Counted from the stretch's first letter, positions 8,758 to 17,585 are shown. The stretch is DNA of 64,000 nucleotides from a virus (IMGVR_UViG_3300029288_000095:51732-115731), one strand, 5' to 3'. Notes: a model not told the origin generated them from the sequence alone. A program made the numbers and translations.

Positions 8758-9042
8758 TCACTCCTTTGCGGCTTCGGCGTTAATCTTTATCATTGCCTCA
8801 CATAATTTTGTGCCGATACAAGGCGATTTGTAACCACACATTTTACATATTTCAACAGACGCAACTATAAGCATGTTAAGCTTAACCTTCCGGAGTGCGG
8901 CGGCGTGGTCGGATTTAAGTTTTGCAATTTCTTTCTTCATCTGCTCGTTGTTATACTTTAATTGGCAAGCGGTTGCATGATATTTATTACGTTCAAGACT
9001 TATTTCAGTGATTTTATTTTCAAGTTTTTCAATCATTTTCAT
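8758..9042 (-). CDS. Small coiled-coil/Cys protein
   Basis: 94 aa with GGAGG RBS. Confidence 0.55.
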   Translation of the reverse strand: MKMIEKLENKITEISLERNKYHATACQLKYNNEQMKKEIAKLKSDHAAALRKVKLNMLIVASVEICKMCGYKSPCIGTKLCEAMIKINAEAAKE

Positions 9043-9048
9043 TAGTTT

Positions 9049-9258
9049 TTATCCTCCTGTTCCTGTGCTATTTATACACGATTTTTTTAATTCAGTGCTC
9101 ATAGTGAACCGCTGGAGATACGTACACGTTTCCGCGCATTTATCCACTTTCGTTTTTGAATAAACGCCCCATCCAGCATCGCAGTATTTACATGGCAATA
9201 TTCCAAGTTCAAGCGCACCTTCCGGATTCAGAGGTACAATTTTTACATTTTCGCTCAT
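9049..9258 (-). CDS. Small Cys-rich protein
   Basis: 69 aa with CxxC and CxxxC. Confidence 0.5.
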   Translation of the reverse strand: MSENVKIVPLNPEGALELGILPCKYCDAGWGVYSKTKVDKCAETCTYLQRFTMSTELKKSCINSTGTGG

Positions 9259-9701
9259 TTGTTTGATCCCAACAGAACTTCACCGCCAGGTCCAGTTTTT
9301 GTTCTCATTTTTAAACTTTCTGTATGATGCAATGGTATAGTCATAAAATTGAATTCTAATTGTTTTTCAAGCGTGTAGATAGTCTGGTTATCGCATTTCT
9401 CTTCGCGGATTATATGACCGTCATGCCGCAATTTTTTTATTATCTGCGACATCTTTTCAGATACTTCGCCGCAGACATGGATCGGATTATTCTGAAGCGT
9501 AAAAAGCACATTCACTTCATCAATTTCAAGCGCATGATCCGTATAAAAATCTTCATCATGCTCAATATACTCTTCGCCCATGATCTGCTTACAAAGCTTA
9601 ACGACTTCGCCAAGTGTATAGTTTTCAAGATTAGCATATTCATCTAGTATATGAATCGCGACTGATTTACGTCCAGCGTAATAATTTTCATTCTTTTCCA
9701 T
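9255..9701 (-). CDS. Hypothetical protein
   Basis: 148 aa with GAGG RBS. Confidence 0.6.
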   Translation of the reverse strand: MEKNENYYAGRKSVAIHILDEYANLENYTLGEVVKLCKQIMGEEYIEHDEDFYTDHALEIDEVNVLFTLQNNPIHVCGEVSEKMSQIIKKLRHDGHIIREEKCDNQTIYTLEKQLEFNFMTIPLHHTESLKMRTKTGPGGEVLLGSNK

Positions 9702-9845
9702 CAGTCTTAACCTCGGTTTTTATTTTTATTTGATGCGCCTTCTCGAAGCACGGGCGGCATAAAACTCCAATAAAAGGTACATCCTTTTTCGTATTGTTAC
9801 ACCACAGCCCGAATTGATGGCATTTTATATTTTTTTCTTTTTTAT

Positions 9846-10226
9846 TTACTTCCATTCAAAGTCCCTTGAAAGTTCTTCGGCTGTAAAACCAGTTGACGGG
9901 TCATTCATATCTATATCCTTACTACTTTGATATTTAAGAAAATAAATTATACCGCGTGTAAGCCAATCTGAATATGCTTCTACCATTACCCATGTAACTG
10001 CTCCACGCTTCTTAAACCATTTTTTAAGAATTTCTCCGTGTGACAATATTTTATAATCTGGTGCAACCCTATATTCATAGTCGTTTCTCAAACATAGTTT
10101 AACTACATCAATCCACTTATCATCAGACCCTTTTCTACGGCTTTGTATCCTTGTACCTTCACCAAATTTTTTTGCAATATATGATGCTGCTAATGCCATA
10201 TCCCTTGACATACAATATAGTTCCAT
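9846..10226 (-). CDS. Hypothetical protein
   Basis: 126 aa with AGGTGG RBS; first ORF downstream of ncRNA array 2. Confidence 0.6.
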   Translation of the reverse strand: MELYCMSRDMALAASYIAKKFGEGTRIQSRRKGSDDKWIDVVKLCLRNDYEYRVAPDYKILSHGEILKKWFKKRGAVTWVMVEAYSDWLTRGIIYFLKYQSSKDIDMNDPSTGFTAEELSRDFEWK

Positions 10227-10373
10227 AATTAACCACCTATTAGAAATAATAACCCCAGATTTTCATACTGAGGCGCTATGCGCGGTGGAATTCGTAGCCG
10301 CGACGACTTAGGCGATTTCATCCTAGGATTAGCCTAATCTTTTGGTCCGCAGGATTGTATCAAGCAGACCGTG

Positions 10374-10427
10374 CGCCACCCAAGGGGTTGAGCCTTGCGA
10401 ACACTTTGTTCGGAACCGTCGGTGGCA
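10374..10427 (-). ncRNA. Array 2 unit D: D-armless mini tRNA-like fold
   Basis: 7-bp TGCCACC/GGTGGCG stem, CGAAC/GTTCG hairpin, and 5-bp CAAGG/CCTTG stem with a 7-nt loop stacked on the closing stem. Confidence 0.4.
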
Positions 10428-10435
10428 ATATAAAC

Positions 10436-10650
10436 TCTGGCTATGCGGGTAATCCCGCTATTCTTTCGCGCTTGTTTCGTGATTGAGGTCCGTAAGCAAT
10501 AATTTGCAAACTTAATACATCTATGCCATTATTAATTATTTATATATGGATTAAAATGTACTTACCACTAACTCCCGCCATAGACTACGGCAGACGGCTG
10601 ACCAACCGAACCTTTATTGCCTGTGTTTCAAAACAACACCGATAGCCAGA
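10436..10650 (-). ncRNA. Array 2 unit C: tRNA-framed RNA, 215 nt
   Basis: P1 TCTGGCTAT/ATAGCCAGA, then CG, GTGTT/AACAC hairpin, variable middle, TA and GCGGG/CCCGC hairpin. Confidence 0.6.
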
Positions 10651-10674
10651 TTTTTTCAAAGATCAAAAAGAAAA

Positions 10675-10850
10675 TCTTGTGGGTAGGTCGTTAATCCTAC
10701 TATGCGCACATGCCACCACATTTCTGTGATAATACCTGTTATTATCGCCCAGTACCTTTACGGCATATGATACTACTTAGCTGGAACGAATCTGCGCATG
10801 ATACAGTTTACTTTCAAATCTGCGTGTCTACTTTCCACGCCGCCACAAGA
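10675..10850 (-). ncRNA. Array 2 unit B: tRNA-framed RNA, 176 nt
   Basis: P1 TCTTGTGG/CCACAAGA, then CG, GCGTG-GAAAGTAGA-CACGC, variable middle, TA and GTAGG-ATTAACGA-CCTAC. Confidence 0.7.
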
Positions 10851-10870
10851 CTTTCAAAGAACATAAAAAA

Positions 10871-11003
10871 GCTGTACGGCAAATCGTTACTTTTGCTAGG
10901 CTGTTTCCACCTTCTACGGATACTATGTATCAGCCGGTTCGGGGTGTGCAAGCCAAGTCCGATCCCATCTTTGCGTGTCTACGTTTTCCACGCCGCGTAC
11001 AGC
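10871..11003 (-). ncRNA. Array 2 unit A: tRNA-framed RNA, 133 nt
   Basis: P1 GCTGTACG/CGTACAGC, then CG, GCGTG-GAAAACGTAGA-CACGC, variable middle, TA and GCAAA-AGTAACGA-TTTGC. Confidence 0.7.
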
Positions 11004-11022
11004 TTTCAAAGAACTGTTATAC

Positions 11023-11050
11023 ATTGTACATCAAAATATAAAAATGTCAA
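11023..11050 (-). promoter_or_regulatory. Sigma70-type promoter of ncRNA array 2
   Basis: TTGACA-N16-TACAAT followed 8 nt later by GTTCTTTGAAA. Confidence 0.75.
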
Positions 11051-11068
11051 GACCGAAAATGCATAAAA

Positions 11069-11096
11069 AAAGTTGATATTTCGGCAAAGAATAGAA
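11069..11096 (+). promoter_or_regulatory. Candidate phage late promoter AAAGTTGA-N16/17-GAA
   Basis: Same motif at gene boundaries 24-50, 15256-15282, 38772-38798, 43731-43758 (AAAGTAGA), 44550-44576, 47204-47230 and 60112-60138. Confidence 0.65.
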
Positions 11097-11118
11097 CATC
11101 AAACAGGGCAATAGAACC

Positions 11119-11961
11119 ATGCTTTTATCCTTTCGAGATGAGATTAATATGCAAAAAAAAGCCGACACTTCGCCGACTATATATAAAGTAAAAACGCCGT
11201 CTGGCAAATGGAAGATTCTTGACAACGCCGAAATGATGTTTAACGGCGTTGGGAAAGTTACCGACCCCGATACGAATAAGATCTTTGATCCGAAGGAATA
11301 TGTTCCGATCAGCTCGCGGGATTTTGCTATTCAGCCGCCAAAGCGCCAGAAAAAAGCCGAAGAAATGTCCACTGTAGAAATTGATCAGATCGGTTTCCGC
11401 GATACGGACGAACGCCCAGCGGGTAAACGCCGGCGAAAGAAAACGCGCAATATGTACACCCAGGAAGAAGGCGTGGATGACGTGACCTATGAAGGCACTG
11501 GCGGCAAGCGCAATCAGTTCAAAAACGTATTGAATAAAGATGATATTTCGGAAGTGTCTATTAACGGTTTGCCGCTTGTGAACTTTCCGACTTCGGATAT
11601 CGTTCTTTCCATGCTTGATAGAAAGGCATTTCCGCGGTTTGAGGTTAAAGGAACAACAATAGATATAGAACTTGAAAAAGTTCCAGAAGAAAATCGGCGG
11701 CAGTTTCTTAAAGATTTTATCGACAATAAAATATCAATCGGCGGTGTTCAGTATAAAGATATGGATGTCTTGGATAAGAAATCGATCCATGATCTTTATA
11801 TGAAGTTCAAAATGCGCCCCGTGAAAAAGGTAAGCAAGATAAAAACGAAGCGGAAGACTTCGATGCTTCCAGAAGAAAAGCCTGACGAGCAGAAGGACAA
11901 AGAAGAACAATACGACTACCCGATGCTGCACGATCAGATGAATATGATGCAAGAACGCTAA
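11119..11961 (+). CDS. Hypothetical protein with KKA motifs, probably head-associated
   Basis: 280 aa; QKKAD and QKKAE; lies upstream of the portal gene. Confidence 0.55.
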   Translation: MLLSFRDEINMQKKADTSPTIYKVKTPSGKWKILDNAEMMFNGVGKVTDPDTNKIFDPKEYVPISSRDFAIQPPKRQKKAEEMSTVEIDQIGFRDTDERPAGKRRRKKTRNMYTQEEGVDDVTYEGTGGKRNQFKNVLNKDDISEVSINGLPLVNFPTSDIVLSMLDRKAFPRFEVKGTTIDIELEKVPEENRRQFLKDFIDNKISIGGVQYKDMDVLDKKSIHDLYMKFKMRPVKKVSKIKTKRKTSMLPEEKPDEQKDKEEQYDYPMLHDQMNMMQER

Positions 11962-11986
11962 AAAGTTGATATTAAGGAAGTAATAC

Positions 11987-12235
11987 ATGGAACAAGACAA
12001 AGAGCAAATCATTTATAATAAAGGCATTCTTACATCGACGCTCGGCGCGGTTGTAGCAAATATTGAAAAAATTAAAAGCGAAATCTTTTTCCTTTATGAC
12101 GAAACGCTTCCGGATGATGAAACTAAGAATGACCTTGATATGGTTTTGATAAAGCTCGCTGAAGCGCAAGAGGAAATTCTTACTATTGTAAAAAAGAATA
12201 GCGCGGATTCTGATTCATACATGTCATACATGTGA
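11987..12235 (+). CDS. Small acidic helical protein
   Basis: 82 aa with AAGGA RBS. Confidence 0.55.
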   Translation: MEQDKEQIIYNKGILTSTLGAVVANIEKIKSEIFFLYDETLPDDETKNDLDMVLIKLAEAQEEILTIVKKNSADSDSYMSYM

Positions 12236-12246
12236 GTTAAAAACAA

Positions 12247-13914
12247 ATGAAAAACGAACAACCAACACTACCTTTAGGAAAAACGGCGATGAAAAAAGGC
12301 GGCGAAAGTCTTTCTGATGGGCTTGTGAAAAAAGCTAGTTCAATGGCGGCAGCTTCATCGTCGTCTGGAACGGGCGTACAGCCGACAAGTACGTATCATC
12401 CGCTGTATCAGGCGACTTCGCTGATATTGCCTACGAGAATTCGTGAAATAAATCAATGGACAAGATCATTTTATAAAAAAGAACCTCTTGTTTACACCGG
12501 AACAAATTTAAATGCCGAATTTCCTATAACTGGTTTTAGAAATCTTTGTTCGGATAAAAAAGTACAAGACTATTTTGACCATATGGCATTTGATGTTTGG
12601 AATATTAACAAGCTGCTAAGTTTTGTATCCCTTGAACACGAAAAAATTGGAAATGTTTTCGTTACAGGGACGTGGGATGAAGAAAATGGAACTTGGAAAA
12701 AATTCCAGTGTCTAAATCCAGATTATGTTGAAGTCGAATCTACACCATTTGCAGATAAACCAATACTCAGCCTTGACCCCGATGATGGTCTTCGTCGTGT
12801 AGTAAAAGAGCGTTCTCCAAAAGCGCTTTATGATCAGCTTGATCCAGTAATGATAGAGTATATATCCAAGGGCAAGAAAGTACCTTTGTCTGATATCCAA
12901 ATTGTATTGCAAAAAAGCCGACAGCGCGAAGACGGGGCTGAAGTAACCGAAGAAAAAGAATACTCTTTTCCGCAAGTCTGGCATTTGGCAAATAAAAATT
13001 CTCCATACGAAGCTTACGGCACTTCTCCTATTTATGCTTGCCTACAAGCTTTGATATATAAAGACCTTATACGCCAGACACAGTTTTCTATCGCTCGCCG
13101 GCATTGGAAGCCGATTAAGGTTGTGAAGGTTGGCGATCAGAATAATCGCGCGAATACAGCCACGTTGAAGGCTGTACAGCAAAAGCTTATGGAAGCTTCT
13201 TCCACGAATGATGGATGGCTTATTTGGCATAACTATCTTACGGTAGATTATATCGGATCTTCGGGACATCTTGTACCGATGGATCGCGAGTTAGAGTGGG
13301 TTAACAGTGAAATTTACGCCGCGCTCGGAATAAATAAAGCAATGATCATGGGCGAAAGCGTGAACTATGCTTCGGCGAACGTAGGGCTTAAAATATTGAT
13401 TGGGCGCTACGAACGCAGACAGAAAATGTATACTGAATTCATAAAAGAATTTATTTATAAGCCCGTTGCGCGTGTGCAAGAGTTTTATAAGACGACCGCC
13501 GATGGACATCAAGAACTTATCATACCCGATATTGAATGGGGAATGATGCGTATGTTTGATGACGCACAGCAAAAAACGCTTCTGCAATCGCTTCAGAAGG
13601 CGGGTCTTGTCAGCAAACGTTCGCTGCTTACTTTCTGTAATATTGACTTTGATCGCGAAAAGGAACTTATTTCAAAAGAAAAAGAAGAAGAACGCCAAGC
13701 CAAGACGAAAGAAAAGTTTGAAGATAAAAAGACAAATACCAGCCTGAATAAAACAGACAAGGGTGGTGATACTGGTGGCGATAAACAATTGGAACTCGAT
13801 CTCGGAGGCGGGGGTGAAGCGGGTGCTGGAGGTGGCGAAACGCCAGCAGAAGCACCGAAAACACCGCCAGCGGAAACCGCGCCAGCAGAAGCACCGTTAG
13901 AACTTAACATCTAA
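12247..13914 (+). CDS. Portal protein
   Basis: 555 aa; IGNVF, CLNPDYVEV, YGTSPI, EIYAALG and NYASANV motifs typical of phage portals; low-complexity C-tail; position ahead of protease and capsid genes. Confidence 0.85.
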   Translation: MKNEQPTLPLGKTAMKKGGESLSDGLVKKASSMAAASSSSGTGVQPTSTYHPLYQATSLILPTRIREINQWTRSFYKKEPLVYTGTNLNAEFPITGFRNLCSDKKVQDYFDHMAFDVWNINKLLSFVSLEHEKIGNVFVTGTWDEENGTWKKFQCLNPDYVEVESTPFADKPILSLDPDDGLRRVVKERSPKALYDQLDPVMIEYISKGKKVPLSDIQIVLQKSRQREDGAEVTEEKEYSFPQVWHLANKNSPYEAYGTSPIYACLQALIYKDLIRQTQFSIARRHWKPIKVVKVGDQNNRANTATLKAVQQKLMEASSTNDGWLIWHNYLTVDYIGSSGHLVPMDRELEWVNSEIYAALGINKAMIMGESVNYASANVGLKILIGRYERRQKMYTEFIKEFIYKPVARVQEFYKTTADGHQELIIPDIEWGMMRMFDDAQQKTLLQSLQKAGLVSKRSLLTFCNIDFDREKELISKEKEEERQAKTKEKFEDKKTNTSLNKTDKGGDTGGDKQLELDLGGGGEAGAGGGETPAEAPKTPPAETAPAEAPLELNI

Positions 13915-13925
13915 GGAGAAAAGCC

Positions 13926-14087
13926 ATGATGATAAAAACTGGAACAGTCGTTCAAGATTCAATCACGAAGGTTGAAATTGACGGAAATAGTGAAATAATA
14001 ACCGAAACTGTTATCAAAGCGAAAAAGAGAAAAGATTTTCTTGACGAAGAGGAACTAAGTTATGATGTGTGTACTATTGATCAATAA
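13926..14087 (+). CDS. Small hypothetical protein (53 aa, not in ORF track)
   Basis: AAGGAG RBS; MMIKTGTVVQ...CTIDQ; overlaps the tnpB stop. Confidence 0.5.
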   Translation: MMIKTGTVVQDSITKVEIDGNSEIITETVIKAKKRKDFLDEEELSYDVCTIDQ

Positions 14088-15207
14088 AATCAATTTTACG
14101 GGTATGTAACATGGTTTTGTATACCCGTGTAGCCGTACCAGCCATTAAAATATTTCTTGCTGCGTTTAAATCTCTGTCAAGGACTAACCCGCAATGATTG
14201 CAACTATGGATTCTGACATTAAATGCTTTTGGAACCATAGCCCCGCAACCAGAACAGATTTGAGAAGTGTTCTTGGGATTTACTTTAATAAGTTCTTTAC
14301 CAGCGTATTCTGCTTTATAACGAAGCATATCAAAGAATTGGAACCAAGCGACATCTTTCATACTCCTATTCAGAGCCGTATAAGTATTCCACGATTTCAT
14401 GCCTTCAATGCAAATCACATCATAATTTTTAATGTAATGATTTGCAACTTTATGTTGAAAATCTCGACGTTGATTTGCAATGTATTCGTGGATTTTCGCA
14501 ACTTTTATTCTTTGTTTTTCCCTCCTTTTAGATTGACGTTGCTTCTTAGAAAGTTTTTTTTGTTCTTTTGCCAATTTTTCTTGACTACGATTCAAAAATC
14601 TTGGATTTTCTATTTTCATTCCATCGCTATCTGTTATAAAAGATTCACACCCAACATCAATTCCAATAGATTGATTAGTTTTTTTAATCATATTTTTTGG
14701 AACATCGCTACAAGATATGCATACAAACCATTTTCCAATTGTGTTTTTGCATATAGTAATTGTTTTTATTCTACCGATTATATTTCTATGGAATTTTATT
14801 TTAAATGTACCAATTTTTCTAATAACAAGTTTATTGTCTACAATTTTCCATCCAGCTTGGGACAAAGTAAACGAATTATATCTGTTATATTTTTTAAAAC
14901 GAGGATATCCTGGTTTTTCGCCGCGCTTGATTCTATTAAAAAAACCATTAAATGCTTTTTCAACTCTATCGGTAACGTCATAAAGCGTTTGAGACGGTAC
15001 TTGTTTATATTCAGGGAATTCGTTTTTCAAGTCTGGAAGTTGATAATTTTGGTCATAGCTAGAAATATTTTTTTTCGTGTGAGCATAGTAATTGCGTCTT
15101 TGTTCAAGACAAAGGTTATACACCAAACGACAAAGTTCAAGAACGGTGTTGGCTTTCTTTTCAGTCTCTTTATTCAGATATGCTCTGAATTTGAAGGTTT
15201 TATTCAT
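14074..15207 (-). CDS. tnpB: RNA-guided endonuclease TnpB (IS200/IS605 family, solo, no TnpA)
   Basis: N-terminal TFKFRAY..CRLVYN HTH, GYPRFK, RuvC residues GIDVG / CIEGM / DRDLNAARNI, Zn ribbon CSGC..CNHC. Confidence 0.95.
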   Translation of the reverse strand: MNKTFKFRAYLNKETEKKANTVLELCRLVYNLCLEQRRNYYAHTKKNISSYDQNYQLPDLKNEFPEYKQVPSQTLYDVTDRVEKAFNGFFNRIKRGEKPGYPRFKKYNRYNSFTLSQAGWKIVDNKLVIRKIGTFKIKFHRNIIGRIKTITICKNTIGKWFVCISCSDVPKNMIKKTNQSIGIDVGCESFITDSDGMKIENPRFLNRSQEKLAKEQKKLSKKQRQSKRREKQRIKVAKIHEYIANQRRDFQHKVANHYIKNYDVICIEGMKSWNTYTALNRSMKDVAWFQFFDMLRYKAEYAGKELIKVNPKNTSQICSGCGAMVPKAFNVRIHSCNHCGLVLDRDLNAARNILMAGTATRVYKTMLHTRKIDFIDQ

Positions 15208-15225
15208 TTATTTCCATGTTACTTC

Positions 15226-15256
15226 TATAATATAATCAATATTTCAAAAAAGTCAA
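15226..15256 (-). promoter_or_regulatory. Sigma70-type promoter of tnpB
   Basis: TTGACT-N16-TATATTATA, same layout as 4221-4251 and 6725-6755. Confidence 0.7.
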
Positions 15257-15302
15257 AAGTTGATTTTAGGGTAAAAGCTGAATCATCAATAAGGATCTCA
15301 TA

Positions 15303-16220
15303 ATGATGTACAAAACAGCATCCTGGGGAGATAACGTAACTTCATACGAAGTGATTGAGCGCGATCATGCGAAATCACGGGGTAATGAATATTCGTTAAG
15401 TGTCTTCGGGAGCAAATCGCGGTTTCAGAAAAAATATGCTTATGTTCTTGATGATTATCGTAGCCGTATTGCTTCTAAAATAAAAGCGCAGAATCTTACA
15501 ATCGGAAATTACGATCCAGAATTTCATTACTTTCGTGTTATAGCTGTCCACGGCGACACGCCGAATGATAACGGTGATATGTTTCGTTGGGGTAGCATGG
15601 ATGATAAAAATTCGCCTGAGCTTATGCGCTTTGATAAGCAAACTGAAAGATATGTTTACGAAAGTTTTGTCGGTCGTGGCAACTTTAAAAACCACGCCAA
15701 TGATGATGTATCAAAAGCAGTCGGTATCGTTCTTGATTCTGTGCCTAATCATAATGGTCGCTTTATTGAATGTCTGCTTGCGGTGGACGAGGTTAAAGAT
15801 CCTGAACTGGTAAGGTCGATCAATAAGGGCTACATCAACGCCGTTTCGATGGGCGCTGTTGTCGGGCATTCGTATTGCAGCGTCTGCAACAATATGGCTA
15901 AAACCGAAGCGGATTTCTGCGATCACGTTAAGTTCCATAAGGCGCAGAAGATCCACATCGGTGGGAAAGAACAGCACGTCTACGAAGATAACCGCAATGT
16001 GAATTTTATAGAATTGAGCTGGGTTACGGTTCCCGCAGATAAATCGGCGCTTCTTCTTGAAAAAGTTGCAAGCCGCGTCCAGCGCGGAGAACAGATAGAC
16101 CTTGGCGATGAAAAGATGGTTAATGCCGTAGCGACGTGGATATATCTCTACGGCGAAGAACATACAAGAAATCTTCTCGGCGGTATTGTTGATGCCGTGC
16201 AAGACATAAAAAACATCTAG
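15303..16220 (+). CDS. Prohead maturation protease
   Basis: PNDNGDMF, FKNH, VSMG (putative catalytic Ser), CSVC..FCDH insert, FIELSWVTVPAD; lies between portal and capsid genes. Confidence 0.8.
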   Translation: MMYKTASWGDNVTSYEVIERDHAKSRGNEYSLSVFGSKSRFQKKYAYVLDDYRSRIASKIKAQNLTIGNYDPEFHYFRVIAVHGDTPNDNGDMFRWGSMDDKNSPELMRFDKQTERYVYESFVGRGNFKNHANDDVSKAVGIVLDSVPNHNGRFIECLLAVDEVKDPELVRSINKGYINAVSMGAVVGHSYCSVCNNMAKTEADFCDHVKFHKAQKIHIGGKEQHVYEDNRNVNFIELSWVTVPADKSALLLEKVASRVQRGEQIDLGDEKMVNAVATWIYLYGEEHTRNLLGGIVDAVQDIKNI

Positions 16221-16230
16221 GAGTATTACG

Positions 16231-16773
16231 ATGGGATTTTCAAGAAACAAAATGTCTATTGGAATGAGCGAACGCCAACGCGCAATACAGGCTGATCTTA
16301 ATGCTCGTTCACAGCAAAAGGGCGGTAATGTTAATCCAGAAGTTCTTGGCGCTATAAATACTGAAGAATTTTCTTTTGCTGGATCTCTCGGGATACCGAA
16401 TGAAGCGGTTATCACGGCGGCGACTAAAGCTGGTGGCAATTCTGTTCCAGGAATGGGTATGAAGCTTAACCCCGAAATAGAAGCTATCGTTGCGAAGGCA
16501 AAGAATCGGCTTACTTCGGTTGCGGGTATGGTTCCACAGCAAACCACTAGTGATGTTTTTGTAACTGATCCAAGTCAGTCCGCTGTGCCGCGCATTGCTA
16601 TGAATAAGCAAGCCGCGAAAGATGAACTTTCTACGCGCAAGGCGAATCTTATTCTGAAACGCAACGCCAAAATGAAACAGATGGAATGGTCACAAGACAA
16701 GAATCTTAAAGTTGAAGTGGCCGATATGAACCGCGAAATTAAGAAGATCGATTCACAGCTTCAAGGACTCTAA
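16231..16773 (+). CDS. Hypothetical head-module protein
   Basis: 180 aa with AGGAG RBS and K/R-x-A motifs. Confidence 0.55.
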   Translation: MGFSRNKMSIGMSERQRAIQADLNARSQQKGGNVNPEVLGAINTEEFSFAGSLGIPNEAVITAATKAGGNSVPGMGMKLNPEIEAIVAKAKNRLTSVAGMVPQQTTSDVFVTDPSQSAVPRIAMNKQAAKDELSTRKANLILKRNAKMKQMEWSQDKNLKVEVADMNREIKKIDSQLQGL

Positions 16774-16775
16774 TT

Positions 16776-17585
16776 ATGTTTACAACCTATGCTTCCCGAG
16801 CAAACCTTCTGGTCGAAAAGATTAAAATTACGGCAGAAGAACAAGCCATACTGGACCTATTCAAAGAAAGTCAATCAATTGAATTGGATCAGATACCTTA
16901 CCGCATGGCGAATAAAGATTTTCAATCGCTTATGCAGAAGGGCTACGTGCGGACGGCTGGGAACAACACGGTTATTCTTTTGAAGAAGGCTGAAGAAAAA
17001 AACGATCCTATTATGGTCGATTCTGCCGGTCAATATATTATAACAATTACTTTTGAAAAACCGATATCAAATGAAATAACGCATAATATAAGTCAAGATT
17101 TTATTGCGCCCGTTATTGAAGCACAAGACGGCGAATATCCTTTACCGCGAATAGAAGTTGACGGTAATAAAATGCATATTATCGTTCCAGAAAATGTTGA
17201 TGAATATGAATATAAAAAAATTCTTCAAAAACCAATTGATGATTATGTTGCACTTGCTGGATATAAACCCGTGAATGCATCATTCAATAAAAATATTTAT
17301 GAAAAATCTAAACCAAGTATCATTGCTTTGAAACAGAAGCAAGCCGAAACTCCTACAGAAATTGAAATGGAACATAAAAAAACGTTTGATAAAATCAGAA
17401 AAGACGTTAAAGAAGATGGCAAGCTTGACATGAAGGATAAAGATATCGCCAAAAGCATTTCTAAAGATCATGGCAAAGAACTTGATCCGAAGAACCCCGC
17501 CGAAGGCGTAAAAGAATATTATGATGAAAAGACGGGACTGCCGGCATTTGAAAAAAAGCTTGAAAAGAAAGAGGAGAAGAAATAA
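16776..17585 (+). CDS. Hypothetical head-module protein
   Basis: 269 aa with VRTAG, LKKAE and QKQAE motifs. Confidence 0.55.
   Translation: MFTTYASRANLLVEKIKITAEEQAILDLFKESQSIELDQIPYRMANKDFQSLMQKGYVRTAGNNTVILLKKAEEKNDPIMVDSAGQYIITITFEKPISNEITHNISQDFIAPVIEAQDGEYPLPRIEVDGNKMHIIVPENVDEYEYKKILQKPIDDYVALAGYKPVNASFNKNIYEKSKPSIIALKQKQAETPTEIEMEHKKTFDKIRKDVKEDGKLDMKDKDIAKSISKDHGKELDPKNPAEGVKEYYDEKTGLPAFEKKLEKKEEKK

Noticed and set aside
10374-11003. Canonical tRNA genes
   Set aside because: No GTTC T-loop, no 7-nt anticodon loop at the expected position and no encoded CCA; reported only as tRNA-like
6271-11014. GTTCTTTGAAA repeats as a CRISPR array
   Set aside because: The repeat core is only 11-23 nt, the intervening units are 130-220 nt and self-structured, and no cas genes are present
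10710-11066. 118-aa + strand ORF
   Set aside because: No RBS seen; it is antisense to the structured units and spans their promoter
11119-12235. Terminase genes upstream of the portal
   Set aside because: No Walker A/B or nuclease motifs; the terminase presumably lies outside the window
14194-15303. 369-aa + strand ORF
   Set aside because: Antisense shadow of tnpB with F/I-rich composition
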